The position numbers and the translations under genes are program-made. A DNA stretch of 62,031 bases, counting the filler, from Sluysia triapertura (taxonomy: Eukaryota): the NCBI GenBank assembly GCA_046118255.1. It is 5 parts of 5 records of this genome, joined end to end, with 100 filler letters (N's around TTAATTAATTAA, not from the genome) between each part and the next. Parts side by side here need not be neighbours in the genome. Positions count along the whole stretch, not along the records: positions 12,285 to 26,519 come from JBJNIA010002230.1; positions 26,620 to 37,997 come from JBJNIA010185402.1; positions 38,098 to 50,539 come from JBJNIA010108980.1; 2 more parts are not named here. One strand, 5' to 3'. This document shows, in pieces, positions 25,131 to 38,712 of the stretch. Under the pieces are notes generated by a model, which saw only the letters and a program-made list of their open reading frames with translations, made no database searches and had not been told where the DNA came from. The stretch's first letter is position 1. The number at the start of each line of letters is the position of its first letter.

Positions 25131-26095
25131 AGATTTTTAGAAAATCAGAGTTTGCTTTTAGAAATGGAATTTAAAATTTTTTAATTTGTGAATATAACTT
25201 GTAAAATTGTAGTAACCATGGTTTTCTAATTAATCATTCAAATTCTATTGAGACCAACAAAATAATGTAAAAATGAGACTGTGATTAGACAGCCAATCAG
25301 AGAACATTGTCGAACAACTAATTTGTTGCTATGTTTATTTTATATTCTGTCATTAACATCTGTCATTATTGAATATAATTTTATATAATTTTATATAATG
25401 ACAGGCATGAAATTAAATATTTTTTAATGTTAAAATAAATAATGATAATAAATGTAAAGGTATAAAATTTTATTTTGTTTTTGTTTTTATGTTTTATATT
25501 TTATTTTGTAAAGTATTATAAAAACGTATTAAAAAATTACAAAAAATGTTATTATTTAAAAAAATATAAAAATTATAAATAAAATTTAAAAAAGAATGTT
25601 CTGGAACCAAATTGTTTTGTAAATTAAATTCAAAAATATGAATCTTTATAGTCACATGACTATATAAGAACAAAGAGCAGTAGAACCATCATATTGATAT
25701 TTTCAAATTATTAGTCGCCATTTTGTTATCGGTCATATTAATTCCATTCATCATTTATGGTTCTCTTCGGTGCTCAATTAATTAGATTTCGCGTGTTCGA
25801 TTAGAGAAATCTCAAATCAAATTCATTTCGATCCAGTTAAATATTCAAAAAAGTTTGTAGACTCGCAAGTGTTAAAATATTCACCTAACATATCTAGTTT
25901 TCAGTTGTCCCCTAAGTCCAATTATAAAATCATTATAGATAGTTCTTTTATTACAATTAATTCATTATCGTTATTATATTTTTATTATTATTGTTCTACT
26001 TGAAATGTTACTCGTATTATCGAATTAATAATGTTATTTTAATTTTTGTGTATAATAAATCTTTGTAAATTTTTAATAAATATAAGAGACTTTTT

Positions 26096-26144
26096 GATAA
26101 CTCAGTGTTCGATCCCCGGTCAGTCCATTTTATGAAGTCTAACA
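26096..26144 (+). mobile_element. LTR-A fragment (internally deleted tRNA part plus terminus)
   Basis: GATAACTCAGTG-TTCGATCCCCGGTCAGTCCATTTTATGAAGTCTAACA. Confidence 0.8.
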
Positions 26145-26519
26145 TTATTGCTTATAACAAAACCTCATAATAAAACATCTAAAGCCAAATAATCGATTGT
26201 TTGTCAACTAATTTTTGACTTGTATAAAAATGTAAATACGAAGTGATAGAATTTATTATCAAAAATAAAATCGAATATTTCATATTGCACATTCAAATTA
26301 TATTTATATATTAAGAGAGAGTACGGTAAAAAAAAATATAGCTTTATAATTAGTTATAAGTCTTATGCTGCATTTTTATCATCATAACTAAGTAAACAGC
26401 CACAGTAAACAATCACTTCAGTACAATAATGTTAAATATTCGCCTTTTTAAAGACAGTGTGTACTCAATATTTCACCAATAACATGTATTCATATATTGA
26501 TGATAAAATATATGTATAT

Positions 26520-26619
26520 NNNNNNNNNNNNNNNNNNNNNNNNNNNNNNNNNNNNNNNNNNNNTTAATTAATTAANNNNNNNNNNNNNNNNNNNNNNNNN
26601 NNNNNNNNNNNNNNNNNNN
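26520..26619. other. Artificial contig spacer
   Basis: 44 N + TTAATTAATTAA + 44 N. Confidence 0.97.
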
Positions 26620-28919
26620 GTAATTTTAAAATTAAAATTAAATAATTTGTTTTTGATTAATGGTTGTAATTTTGTTATTAAACGTTTGAAAAAAAATAAA
26701 AATACAATTAATATATTCGAGTTAAGTAATTTTTCGCTCTCAACAATAACAAATTAAATAATTTTTACAAAGTTTTTATTCGTACTTCACACACACTGCT
26801 GACAAATATATATATAATTTGATTTCATCGAAATAAATATTTTTGTGTCTGATTTGCTATTTTGATTGAATCAAGGAGAATTGAAAATAGAGCACTACAG
26901 AAAAGTTAAGAAGAATATAAAATGAATATGAAAAGAAATTGAAGTTTTATAAGGTGAAATAAACTTTAAAGTACATTCAAATAAACAGAGAAATTTAAAT
27001 AAAATTCGTAAAATTTCAAAAGATAAATTGTTAAGCACTTCCATCTTGAACATTGAGACGAGTGTAAGACCAGCGATATTAAAAGATAAATATTTTAGAT
27101 TGAGTTAAATTTTAAACAAGTTAGGTAATTTAGTACCTATATAACTAAAAGAACTCAACTTAGTACAACCCAATAAGCATATTAAAAATTAAACTATGAT
27201 ACACAGAAACTGTAAGGGATTATAATTTTTGAGAATCTAGAGTACAATTCTAAAATACATTTAAATCTTTAAAGAATAAATAATTCTTTTATTTTAAGTT
27301 GTATTAAAATCTTTTAAGAACAAAAATTTAATTAGTCGAGATACTACGTAAAGACTCTCATATTAAAATACGTTTGAAAAATCCTATGGATATGCCACCT
27401 TACGCATAAATTGTAAATAGTAGGTGAAGCTTAAGTAATAGCGTATTTGCACAGTTATGAATAACATTTGGATTAAAACCAAATCGAAATAGTAACAAAC
27501 TTATCTTCTCTTTGAATTCTTTTTAATTAGTTTTTGTTCGTTCGTTCGTTTCTGTGAAGTCTTGCTTTACCCAATATACTTAACATATGAAATTTTTTTT
27601 TATATCTTTATTATGATACTAAAAATGAATAGTAATAATTTTCTGCAAGATTTATTATAATAAAATTTCAAAATTTATAATACTCTAATAAAATATAATT
27701 CTACATAAACATTTATTACCTAAAACGAGACGATACTTTTTATTTTTCTTTATTTATTTCCTAATAAAGTTTTATTTTAATTCAAAGTTTTATAGTTTTT
27801 ATGCATTATTTTGAAAGTCGTTTTAGAATTAATGTTTCTTTAAAATTTCTTTGATTAAGTATGTCTAAGTATTATTATTAATGTTGGTTTTTTAATTTTT
27901 CATTTAATAGTAATGCGAAACGTGAATGCCCCATGATCCTAGATTTACACACATAAGTACTAGTCTGTAGGTATCAGCAAGAATAATAGTGGTTTATTTT
28001 TTAATTTAACTATTGTAGTAAATCCTTAAATTTGTCTTTTAGCTTATTAATGATAATTAGATACAATTAATTCTTTAATCAAAGAATGAGTAGTAATTAG
28101 TAATTTAAGTAGGATTTTGCTACCGTGTAATTAAAGACGGTATTCCTTATTAAAGTTCTTTATCAGTTAAATTACAAATTCTAATAATCGAAAGTACTCA
28201 GTGACAAAAAATTATTTAACAATTTAGATACATAAAAATTACAAATTATCAATCATAATATATTTAGAAAATAAGATTTACTGCATTAATATCTAATTAA
28301 AAAGTAAATGATTAATTTTAATAAATATTTTAATTTACAAGACCAATTTAAAAGGTCTTTTAAAGAAATTTTCGTAGATTTTTCTACCTATTAAAATAGT
28401 TACAACTTATTAACATAAACTAATGATACATTATTATTTTCAAAGAAGCAACAAACGTCTTGAATGCGGTTCACTATTCGAAGAAATCCCTTAGAATAGT
28501 TATTTTAGACTTAATTTGCTAATTGTAGAAACCGCCGAAAATTTGTGGAGTTATTTAGATCCAAATTACCAAATGTAGAAGCGGCGACAGATTTAAAGGT
28601 TTTTTACAGATAAGTAGTAAATTGTGTGTTGAATTTTTAGATAGTTATAGCTAGTGGTTTTATTGAATTTGTTATGCAGTTTAAAGAAAATATTTAATTT
28701 ATAAAATAATTGGTTTGCAAACATGGTGTATATTTAAATTTACATAGTTAAATAAAATTTACATTAATTAAAATTTTAAATTCATAAATAATTTGCATAA
28801 TTAGCATAAATAATTAAATCCTAATTATATTTAATTGACATAAATACATAAATTATGTACACATATTTATACATAAACTTTGTATCTTTAATAATTTAAC
28901 TTATAATTTAACATATGAT

Positions 28920-28932
28920 ATTATTATTATTA

Positions 28933-28987
<55 letters not shown>

Positions 28988-28989
28988 TA
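28920..28989 (+). repeat. (TTA)n microsatellite
   Basis: Near-perfect TTA run. Confidence 0.9.
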
Positions 28990-31764
28990 GTTTTTGTTTG
29001 TTACTATTTGTATTTGTTTTTATTGTTAATTATTATTGTAATTGTTTATTTATTCACAAATTTTATATTGCTGCCGTTTCTTCTAATAATCTATCCAACA
29101 TAAATTGATTTTAAAAATTTATGAGTTCGGCTATGATACATGACTTACTCAGTTAAGGGCTTTCCTACATTATTTCTAGTTATCATTGAAATCAAGCATA
29201 ATGATATATGCTAATCTTAATGCTATTGGAAAGTATTTTAAGTCCTTCTTTAGAATAAGACTTGAAAGATCTATTTTGTGGGTTTATTTAAAATAACGCG
29301 TTAAACAAATGACGTATTGATATTTCAGATTTAGGGTTATTATTTTAATTGTATGTATTGCGAAGGTTTTAATCTTACAAGAAACCTAACTAGCAAAATA
29401 TTCTCTGAAGGTCAGTTCTACTAATTAGGCACGCTTTAAATCTGAACGAAGACGTCCTAATTAGATTTAAGTACTTAGGTGTGTTGTACAAAAAATTGTT
29501 ATCTAAGATAAATTACGTTTATAAGTTACGTCTACATGAATAAGATAAGTCAGCCTTTTTACAGTTTGGCCAAATATGAATGATTTTTTAATAACAATAT
29601 TAAAAATTGGGATAAATAATAGTTTTATTAAACACAAAGTACAGCAATAAGTATAAACAGTATTACACAAAAGGAAATCAAATTGCTATAATATAAATAA
29701 CTAATTTACCGACTTAAGCCTAGTGCTTAGCCGTGGAAAAATTTGATTTTATAGAGATTTTAACCTAGCCAGTTACGGTCTAGGATCAATAAGAATGATT
29801 TTAAATACCCTATTTTCTTAAAATTAGGGTTTAGTTTAAACTTAATAAAAATATTACTTCTGCATGGATTTTAGGAGATTCCCTAAATCCATGTTGACGA
29901 ATTATTAAATATTTTTTTCTCTTGAAAATTCTGTGTGGTAATTGTTGTGAGTTTAACTTCCCAATTCATATGTTTAAATAAGAGGAATCGCCATAATGAA
30001 AACAAGATTAATTTAAACAACTTGCTATTTATTTAATATTGGGATTTCTTATTGATGACAATTTATTAAATATTTTAATTTATAATAAAAATATACATTT
30101 CTGAAACAATAATAAAAACAATATTAAATCATAAATAAAATAATATTTCGTAAATATAATAATAAATTAAGCAAATATAATAAAATAGTATTAATGTTAT
30201 TGTTATTATTATACTATTATCATTATTATTTTTATTATTAATTTATATTTTTCATTAATATTTTTAATATTTTCCAAAGTCCATTACGTTAGTTTAATAT
30301 TTATGCGAAGTTACAAAGTTGACTATAGTCGACATTCTATTAGACACTTCATAATAATATTTTATTAATAGACATTAATAGTCATTCCATAAAATTAATA
30401 GTCTTTTTACAAAGTTTTTTTAAACATTTTTATTTTTTAATATTATGATGATTGAATTAGGATATTACCAAAGAGTGTTTATGGAAATAGACCAATTATT
30501 ATAATGGTTGAAAACCTAGATGGTTTATTTTAAAGAATGGTATTTTACCATGCTTTATATCAAAAGAAGTGAATAAATTTGTCTCCATGTGATGTTAATG
30601 TATGTAATTACTATGTCACATGATTTGAAATATTTGTTTCGGTGAACAAAATTATGATATAAACGTCGGAGTTGTAAAGCTTATAGAACCTGAATATGCT
30701 GAAAAAAACTTACAAAAATCTTACACCTGAACTTCAGAAAGGATTGAGTTAAATGAATCAGTAATGCGAAAATTTTTAGATTTGATAAATAAGCAAACAG
30801 AAACTATTCAAAATGCTATTGAAAAGACATTTTTTTAAAGATTTAGTGATTAAGTTAATGTATATTTTCAAAGACAATAAAGGTTTTTACAGCTTTATGT
30901 TAACTAAAAGCATTTTTAAAGATTTAGTGATTTTGAAAGACATTAAAGATTTTTTAACTTTATGCTAACTAAAGTCATTTTGCTAAATAAGTTAATATTT
31001 TTTAAAAAACAATAAAAGCATTTATAATATCATGTTAATAAAAGGTGTTTCTCTAAAAGTAGTAAAAGTAATATTTGGAAGTTCATTTCAGATAATTTAA
31101 TAGTTTCTTCTGTTGAGAATGATACGTTAAAATATTTTAAAATTATTCATAATCTCTTGTTATAAATATCTTATTATATTTGTTGTTTGATGGTTTCTGC
31201 ATTCGAAATCATTATGTTTTTAATTTTTTGTCGATGTTGAGTCGTACCAGACCTCAAGCGCCATCTTCGAACAAATCTAATAAATTAAATGTTACGATAA
31301 GATTAAAAAGATCAGAGTGATATTTAGTAAAAGATAGCATTCATGAAAATAGTGGACTCTTGTGATGTAAATTAACACGAAAGTGTTATTTTAATTAAAA
31401 TGAGTCAGGAAATTGTGTATGATGATAGATTAACTTGATAAATTAGAAACATACAATGAAATCTCATTAAGCACAATTCTGAATTTGATGTTTATTTAAT
31501 TAAGAAACGAAACATTGTCTACTACGCACTGTTATTTGAAAGTGAGAAGTATTTATTAAATATATGAAAGAATGTATTATGTAAAGTTAATTAATCACAT
31601 CAATCATTATTATCACATTAGTACGATAACATCCATTAATGACCATATTCATTTTATTGACGATGATATAATTCAATGCTTGTTAAATTACCAATAAAAT
31701 AATTTTAATTGAAATATTCTTACATTTATTTCATGTTATTTTATAAAATTTTGATGCCTGCTTT

Positions 31765-32135
31765 AATAATATATTAATTTATATTGCGCTCATATCTACT
31801 CCAAAATAAGTACTCAAAAGCGCTTAAAGTAAACCACTCACTATAATATTTCTGAAACAGAAACAACTTTATCTTTTTCTTAAATATTCCATAATCATCT
31901 AGTAAATTGACATTCTCTGGTAGTACTGGTTGTATATTTTTGAAACATAAACGGTATACAATCTATTACCTAGCTTGTTAAGATTGTGGATTCTGTATAG
32001 ATTATTATTATGTCTCAATGAAATATTCATCTTGGTTTCCCATTTTTATTATTTCTAAAAGATATTCAAACTACCGTAATGTAAGCATTTGTAAATTATT
32101 CTGATGGTTTTTAATTCCAAAATCTAAAACCTAAA
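31765..32135 (-). mobile_element. L2/CR1-clade LINE 3' end fragment
   Basis: Clear similarity to 42420-42890, including the 3' motif GCGCTTTTGAGTACTT...GATATGAGCGCAATATAAATTAAT on the minus strand. Confidence 0.8.
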
Positions 32136-35100
32136 TAAAATAAATATTAAAAACCCTCGATTCTGTAGGACAGTTTGAATGCAATTTAAGCCTTTTATGT
32201 GCCTATTGCAACTTCTCAAATATTATGGAAGAGTGAGCTTTTATGCCATGATAATAATTTAGATGTTGAGTTACTGCAGTTAGGCCATGTTGAAAACAAT
32301 TTAATAAACATATTTCTTTATTTTAAATATGATGATAAAACTTTGAAACTTATCTTCAATGTGAAATTGTCATTTATTCATCTTAAAACTTCAAATAATT
32401 ATCGAAAAACTTTTGATTTTCATTCTACGTTATCGTTAAATGCGATTTCGTACCTTGTTTCTTATTAAATCGAATTCTCTTAAAGTATCAAGGAGGAAAA
32501 CAAAAAATCAACTAAAATTACTGAGAATTTTATTAAAACTGAAAAGACAAACTAATTTATAATTTTCTCAAAAAGACTTGTTTAATTTATAAAAAAAATT
32601 TTTTATTTTTACAGAATTTTAATCTGGATATAATAATATTTACTAACAAATTTTGAAGTATTCAAAAATGAATTTATCCATAAATCTTTCTTAATTTTCC
32701 TTATTATAAGATTTCATTCTTTATTCATATTCTATTTTTATTATATTTTTCAGTGTAAGTACATTTTTGAAATATTTCTTTTATTAAAAAATTTTATTTA
32801 TTCCATAATTGTTTTATAATAATTATAATATTTTCTTGAAATTCTTTGTAAACTTTATAAAATTATCCCATGAACTTCCAAAAAGCTACATCGAATTATA
32901 ATTTCAAACTTAAATGATGTCGAATAACTTTTAAATTCAAATTAATGTCAATATATAATATGAGCACATTTAACTTGTTTTTTTTCAAATTTTGAATTCC
33001 TTTAAAATATCACTTTACGATGTTCGTTTCAAGAAAGATGATTAATTAAAATCTATTCTCGAATTGTTATTAAATAAAACAAATAACTAAAAATGTACAA
33101 TTTTCTAGAACCCATACATATTGGTGTCTAATTTTTATTGATTTTACCTTAGATATTGTAATATGTACTCTTTTTCATTGATAGTATTTTGTGATCAATT
33201 TCTTGAATTGCGCACTATGATATCTTTTCTGTAATTCAACTCTATTTTATAGCCAGTTTTATTCTATAATTAAATATATACATATGATCATATTCTACAT
33301 ATTTTTGTGATTATATGGCCACTCTTTTTTATATAATAGTTAATTTCATTCTATATTATAATTTTGGCCATATAATGTATTTTTTATATTTGCATGTCGA
33401 AAGTAATATGGATAAAATTTGGAGGTTAAAAAGAAATCTAAACTTATATCTGATGCAAGTATTTATTGCTTTGCTAATGTAAAATGTCTCAAAAGTTTGA
33501 TGAGTAAACAAAGCTGAATATACAATTTAGATTTAATTACATTGAAGGATTTCTAATAACTAATAAATTGCCTACAAAAATTATTTAATTAGATTATAAG
33601 TGTAGTTTAATGTGTGGGTCATAAAAATATCTTGTTCACAAATTATATAGCTGAGGTTTTCTAAACTCGCAGTTTGATCATTTTGTTACTTTTAGTTTTG
33701 TGAAAGATTTATTGAGTTTATATATTATTTGTTTGCTAAGGTGAGACTTCTTTTGCAGATGTTACTTTTTTATTATTTTATAAGTGGAAATTTGCTATTT
33801 TTGTTTTTTATATCTTAATATCTCTTATGTGAGTCCTCTATGCCGCTGGACTTAAACACTTAAGGGCCAGCATATAGATGTCAGCGTCGAAAGATTAATA
33901 TGGAAAAATTGAAGGTAATAAATGCTAATTAGTTTACAATTATCAAAATATCACTATTTCCAAAAATTATTGCGGTTACAAAATATAGTTATACAAAATG
34001 TTATTAAAAATTATTCGTTACTTCCAAAAAACAGTATAATTCTAATATAATATTATTATTAATTTCTTATTAATATTATATCTCGAAATTTATTTCAAGA
34101 CTGCTTTTATTTAGCAATGAAACTTTATAAGAAATTTGATTAAATTTTAAGTTCAATTTATTTTTATATAAAATTGTTATCTTAATATGTAAAAACTAAC
34201 GATTCAGAAAAAGAATAACAATCAAATTGATTCAAGTAATGTGACATAGTGTATCTCGCTTGATCCAAATTAATTTAAATGATAATTTTTTGAAGTATAG
34301 TATGCAATCAATATATCTCGCTGGTAAAAATTAAATTTATAAAAATTGGAGTGTTAATTCTTTAATTTGTATTAAGTATTTATACTAGTTGTATGTTTCT
34401 ATAAACAAATAAACAAAGGATATTGGTTATCTTGGTTATCTCATTACCATAATAATAGCAATAATGATGTTTATAATAATGTCGTTTTATTTAGTAATAT
34501 TATTAAGTGATATTTATTTAGTAATATTAATATTATTAATAATAATAAATAATAAAAATAATTTCAATAAAACAATAATTTATGACAATTTCAATTAATT
34601 TATTTTAATTTTCTAACTTTTTGACAATATATTTCGAATTCTAACTTTATGACAATAAATATATTTCAAATACTTTCATAAAATGACTTACATATTTCTT
34701 TACATACCTAATAAAATTATCGTAAATTGGTAATATTTTTATGAAATGTATATTAATTATTTTCTTTTGAAAGCAATTGTTTTGTAAATAGTATTTTAAA
34801 ATTAATAACATCTTATAGTTTCAATGACTAGGTAATTCTTTTCACTTGTTTAAATTATTTTTTTATAATCCTTTATGAAGTATGATTTTATCACTGTATT
34901 TAAACCGATGTTAAAAAGCGAATATCGAAAGTTATTTCTCTACGTTTTGATTCTTAATTAAGAGAGAATTCAAAGGGGCGATAAATTAGGATATTTTGAA
35001 TGAAAAGTAATATAGATATATAATTTAGACAATTGTTTAATAAGATTTATAATCAGTTATATATAAATTCAATTATTTTAAAATTCAACTATTATAAGTT

Positions 35101-36048
35101 TAAATAAAGTTTATTAGCCTACTTTAAATTCAACAAAAATGTTTTAAATCAAATATTTTCAGTAGATTTTGTGACACCTTTTAAACTTATGCATAATAAA
35201 CTAACGTAACAAGTTTGCAGCAAAATCCTTAATGCTTTTCTCTGTTAGTACCTTGAAAAATTCGGATTTTTTTGTCTTTCTATTATAAAAGCACTTTGTG
35301 TGATTAATGATCATGAGTTCTTTTATTTATACGGTTTTTTTACAACGATGACCTTGTAAGGCCTCTTAATGTACTTTTGTCTGTTGTAATTTTTGTGACC
35401 TTATAAGGTCTTTAAAATAATAATAATCTGTAGTAACCTCGATAGTATGTTAGTATTGAATTTTCATTTCTTTTCAATTAACGTTATATGTTTATATAAT
35501 TAAGTATCCTTGATAATTAAGTAAATTAAGTTCCATTTCACAATCATATTCTGTTTTCGTTTGAAACAACGTGGAGTATATTTTCTTAATTTTAGATTTT
35601 TGAATTTTTCTTCGAGTTTATTATTACAGATATTGGTATTATTTCATTATATATCTTAAAATTTTTCAAGTTTCATTTATTCATTCTACATTTTTTTGTC
35701 TTTCGTTTTGTGAAGTGTTTGCAGCTGAATTTGTTTGGATTCTATGTTGAGTTTCATCCAATTCTTCCTTGTAAATTCTTATAGTAATTAATAAAACTGT
35801 GGGTTATACCAAAGTTTTGAATGAAACATTTTCTTTTAGACATGGATGATATCGGTAAAATGCTGACAAAATTACAGGCTGCTGAACTCGAATTAATTCG
35901 AATGGCAGAAAACGTAAAACATATTCGGCAAAATAGAACAGAATATTGCTTAAAAGAATCATTAGAAGATAATGAACCGATGTATCACTGTTGTGCATGT
36001 GCAGAAAATAATGATGAATATTTGAGTATTGATGAAGATTCTCAATAA

Positions 36049-36050
<2 letters not shown>

Positions 36051-36127
<77 letters not shown>
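36051..36127 (+). repeat. (TTA)n microsatellite
   Basis: About 25 perfect TTA units. Confidence 0.95.
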
Positions 36128-37146
36128 GTAAAGAATAATAATATTTAATTACTTTTAAGACTTAATTACTTTTACATGAAAATATTTAATAAAAATAAAT
36201 TTTTACTCCTCAATAACTGAAGAGCACAATACAAACTTGAAATTTCGAAAATCAAAAAGAATATGATTTTCTTTTAAAAGAAAAATAAGATGGAAGAATG
36301 AAGCTTGCCACACAAACAAAATAAGCTAAAATACAATCATGTGATGTCGCCTGTAAATAAAAATTCAAATCACAGGAAAAAAATTAATGAATAATGTTTT
36401 GAAACAAAGTAAGTATAATTAATTTTGAATATTGTCACTATGTACGAATAAATATCAACGAAATTGCTTTGCAAATATTAATAATTACTAAGATAACATT
36501 AATTATAAAACTTAGGACGAACCGTATAGTACATAAATCCTATAGGTACGTCTATAGGCGAATGCACATTAAGATAATTTTGCATATACCTTTCTTAGAT
36601 AAAAACCTAGCGGATGCTGTATAGGCATGCAACTCCAGTTTCTGATTAATTTCTATACAAGTAGAAATACAATAAGCTCGGAATGCCTGCAATTACAATA
36701 AACTATTTTAAATCAAAAACTAAAAAATCTTTTTTCGATTAATTAATACGAAATCCAGATTTAATATATTACTTACTTAACCAATGAAATTATTCTATCC
36801 ACCCCATGATAAATAACGCGGACATTTCTATAATAATAAAGGATAGCGATATATTATTTCCATTTTAGGACGTGGGCCAAAATAAATATTTAATATATAT
36901 CCAAAACCATTGTATATAAGTGTTAATTTACTTGCTGCATTTCACAAAATCATTATTTCGACAGCAACATTAATATGATGGAAGCAGTAATGATAAAAGA
37001 AGTCTTGCTATTGCGAAACAGATAAAGTAAAATAAGACTACGAAGTACCGATCATATATGATAATCATCATTCGCAAGCGTTAAAGAGGATCACTGTTAT
37101 TCACTTTTGGTCATTGCTTTACTATTGTGATCTAGAGAAGAGAAAT

Positions 37147-37212
37147 TGTTGGGGTAAAAGGCCTAAATGTGCCAACTAGTATAATTGAATATATTGAAAA
37201 TGAAATTGTTAG
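37147..37212 (+). mobile_element. LTR-A fragment lacking the tRNA part
   Basis: TGTTGGGGTAAAAGGCCTAAATGTGCCAACTAGTATAATTGAATATA...TGTTAG. Confidence 0.75.
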
Positions 37213-37356
37213 GCGGGTAATGAAAGTGGCATGTGAAGCGATGCTCATTACATCAAAAGTTTTATATTTCATTGGATTTAACTTGATGTATTATAATATC
37301 AATAACTATTTTTTATAACCATTATGTTAAATTTTAATTTCATTATTTTGAAAAGA

Positions 37357-37710
37357 TAAGAGTTTATTTGTCACAAAACTCATTTTCTTTGGATGCACAG
37401 AAATTAATGTGCACATGTAATTATTAAAATTGGTCCGCATAAAATTGACTCTAAGGAATAAGCATGTATTGTCGATATGCACATAATTAAGTCGATTTCT
37501 CAACTTTATATGAATTATTTATTTAAGTAACCAAATTTTACTACCATAACTCAGATATCTTTGCAATAGTTTTAAATTCTCTTCTGCTGTAAGAAGGCTG
37601 ATAAAATATAATAGCAATATTATGTTTCGTTAGTAATTGGGCTAAAATTTATTATTCATGGTAATGGGGTCTTAAGTTTTTATTGTTATTTGGGTACCAA
37701 CATTTATACA
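37357..37710 (+). repeat. Unclassified dispersed repeat, paralog of 46441-46830
   Basis: Shared blocks TAAGAGTTT(A/G)TTTGTCA, AAAATTGGTC(C/G)GCATAAA..TGACTCTAAG..TAAGCATGT.TTGTCGA.ATGCAC..TAATTAAGTCGA.TTCTC and TTGGGTAC.AAC. Confidence 0.7.
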
Positions 37711-37997
37711 TGTTCTAGTTTTTATATCTATATGAACAATTATAAAACGAAATTTAGAAGATTGAGTCCGCCTACGTTAAACGTTTTATCTTAACTGGAA
37801 GGATGTTTACGTAGGATTTTAGAAAAACTGAAGGTCAAGAAACTCTTTTGTCTATGTGATGCTAACAGTTATTTTACTTAGCAGTTTATTCCTAATTCTC
37901 TATATTCTTAATACTTTTTCTTTAATCAATTTATAATTTTAATCGCAATTTTCTTTTGTTTTAATAAATGAAAATAAAACTCAATATAAACTGGAAA

Positions 37998-38097
37998 NNN
38001 NNNNNNNNNNNNNNNNNNNNNNNNNNNNNNNNNNNNNNNNNTTAATTAATTAANNNNNNNNNNNNNNNNNNNNNNNNNNNNNNNNNNNNNNNNNNNN
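37998..38097. other. Artificial contig spacer
   Basis: 44 N + TTAATTAATTAA + 44 N. Confidence 0.97.
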
Positions 38098-38712
38098 CTA
38101 TTGAAATAATTATTATGTGAAATTAAATTTGTTATAAGTAAAGTAATATTGGAATTATGGAAATAAATAGTATTGGAATTTATTATTGAAAATAGCACAT
38201 AAGAACCAACAAATTGTTATCAGATTTATGTTGAAGATTTACTACAAGTATTATCAGATTTGTAACAATTACATAGAAGACTATTGTTAGATTTTTTGGA
38301 TTAAAACTTTTAATTGTATTTGATTTAATTGACAATAAAGAGAATTCAACAATAAGCTCATTGAATAAATTATAAAATAATATTTAAAATCAACTTTAAA
38401 TTACATGTGGTACTCTTTACTTTATTAAACGTATTTTTTGTTTATATAGTTTTATGGCATAAATAAGTCTTTTTATTTCGTTTAAGTTTAGAAAAGGAGA
38501 AAGTTTGAAATTTTAAATTTATAAAATGACTTGTCGTACTTCTGAGATGAATAGAGATTTCAACCTTCAGATTCACTTTGACATATTTAAGGAATATAAT
38601 TTAAATAATGGAATATAAAGTCAGTAGTAAATAACAAAGTAAAAGTCAGAGGTGAACTTAAAACCAAAAATGAGATTTACAAGTTATAATATAATAAAAT
38701 AATTATAACAGG

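Noticed and set aside
28915-29103. Hydrophobic membrane-protein-like ORFs (also 15567-15797)
   Set aside because: Translations of TTA microsatellite tracts.
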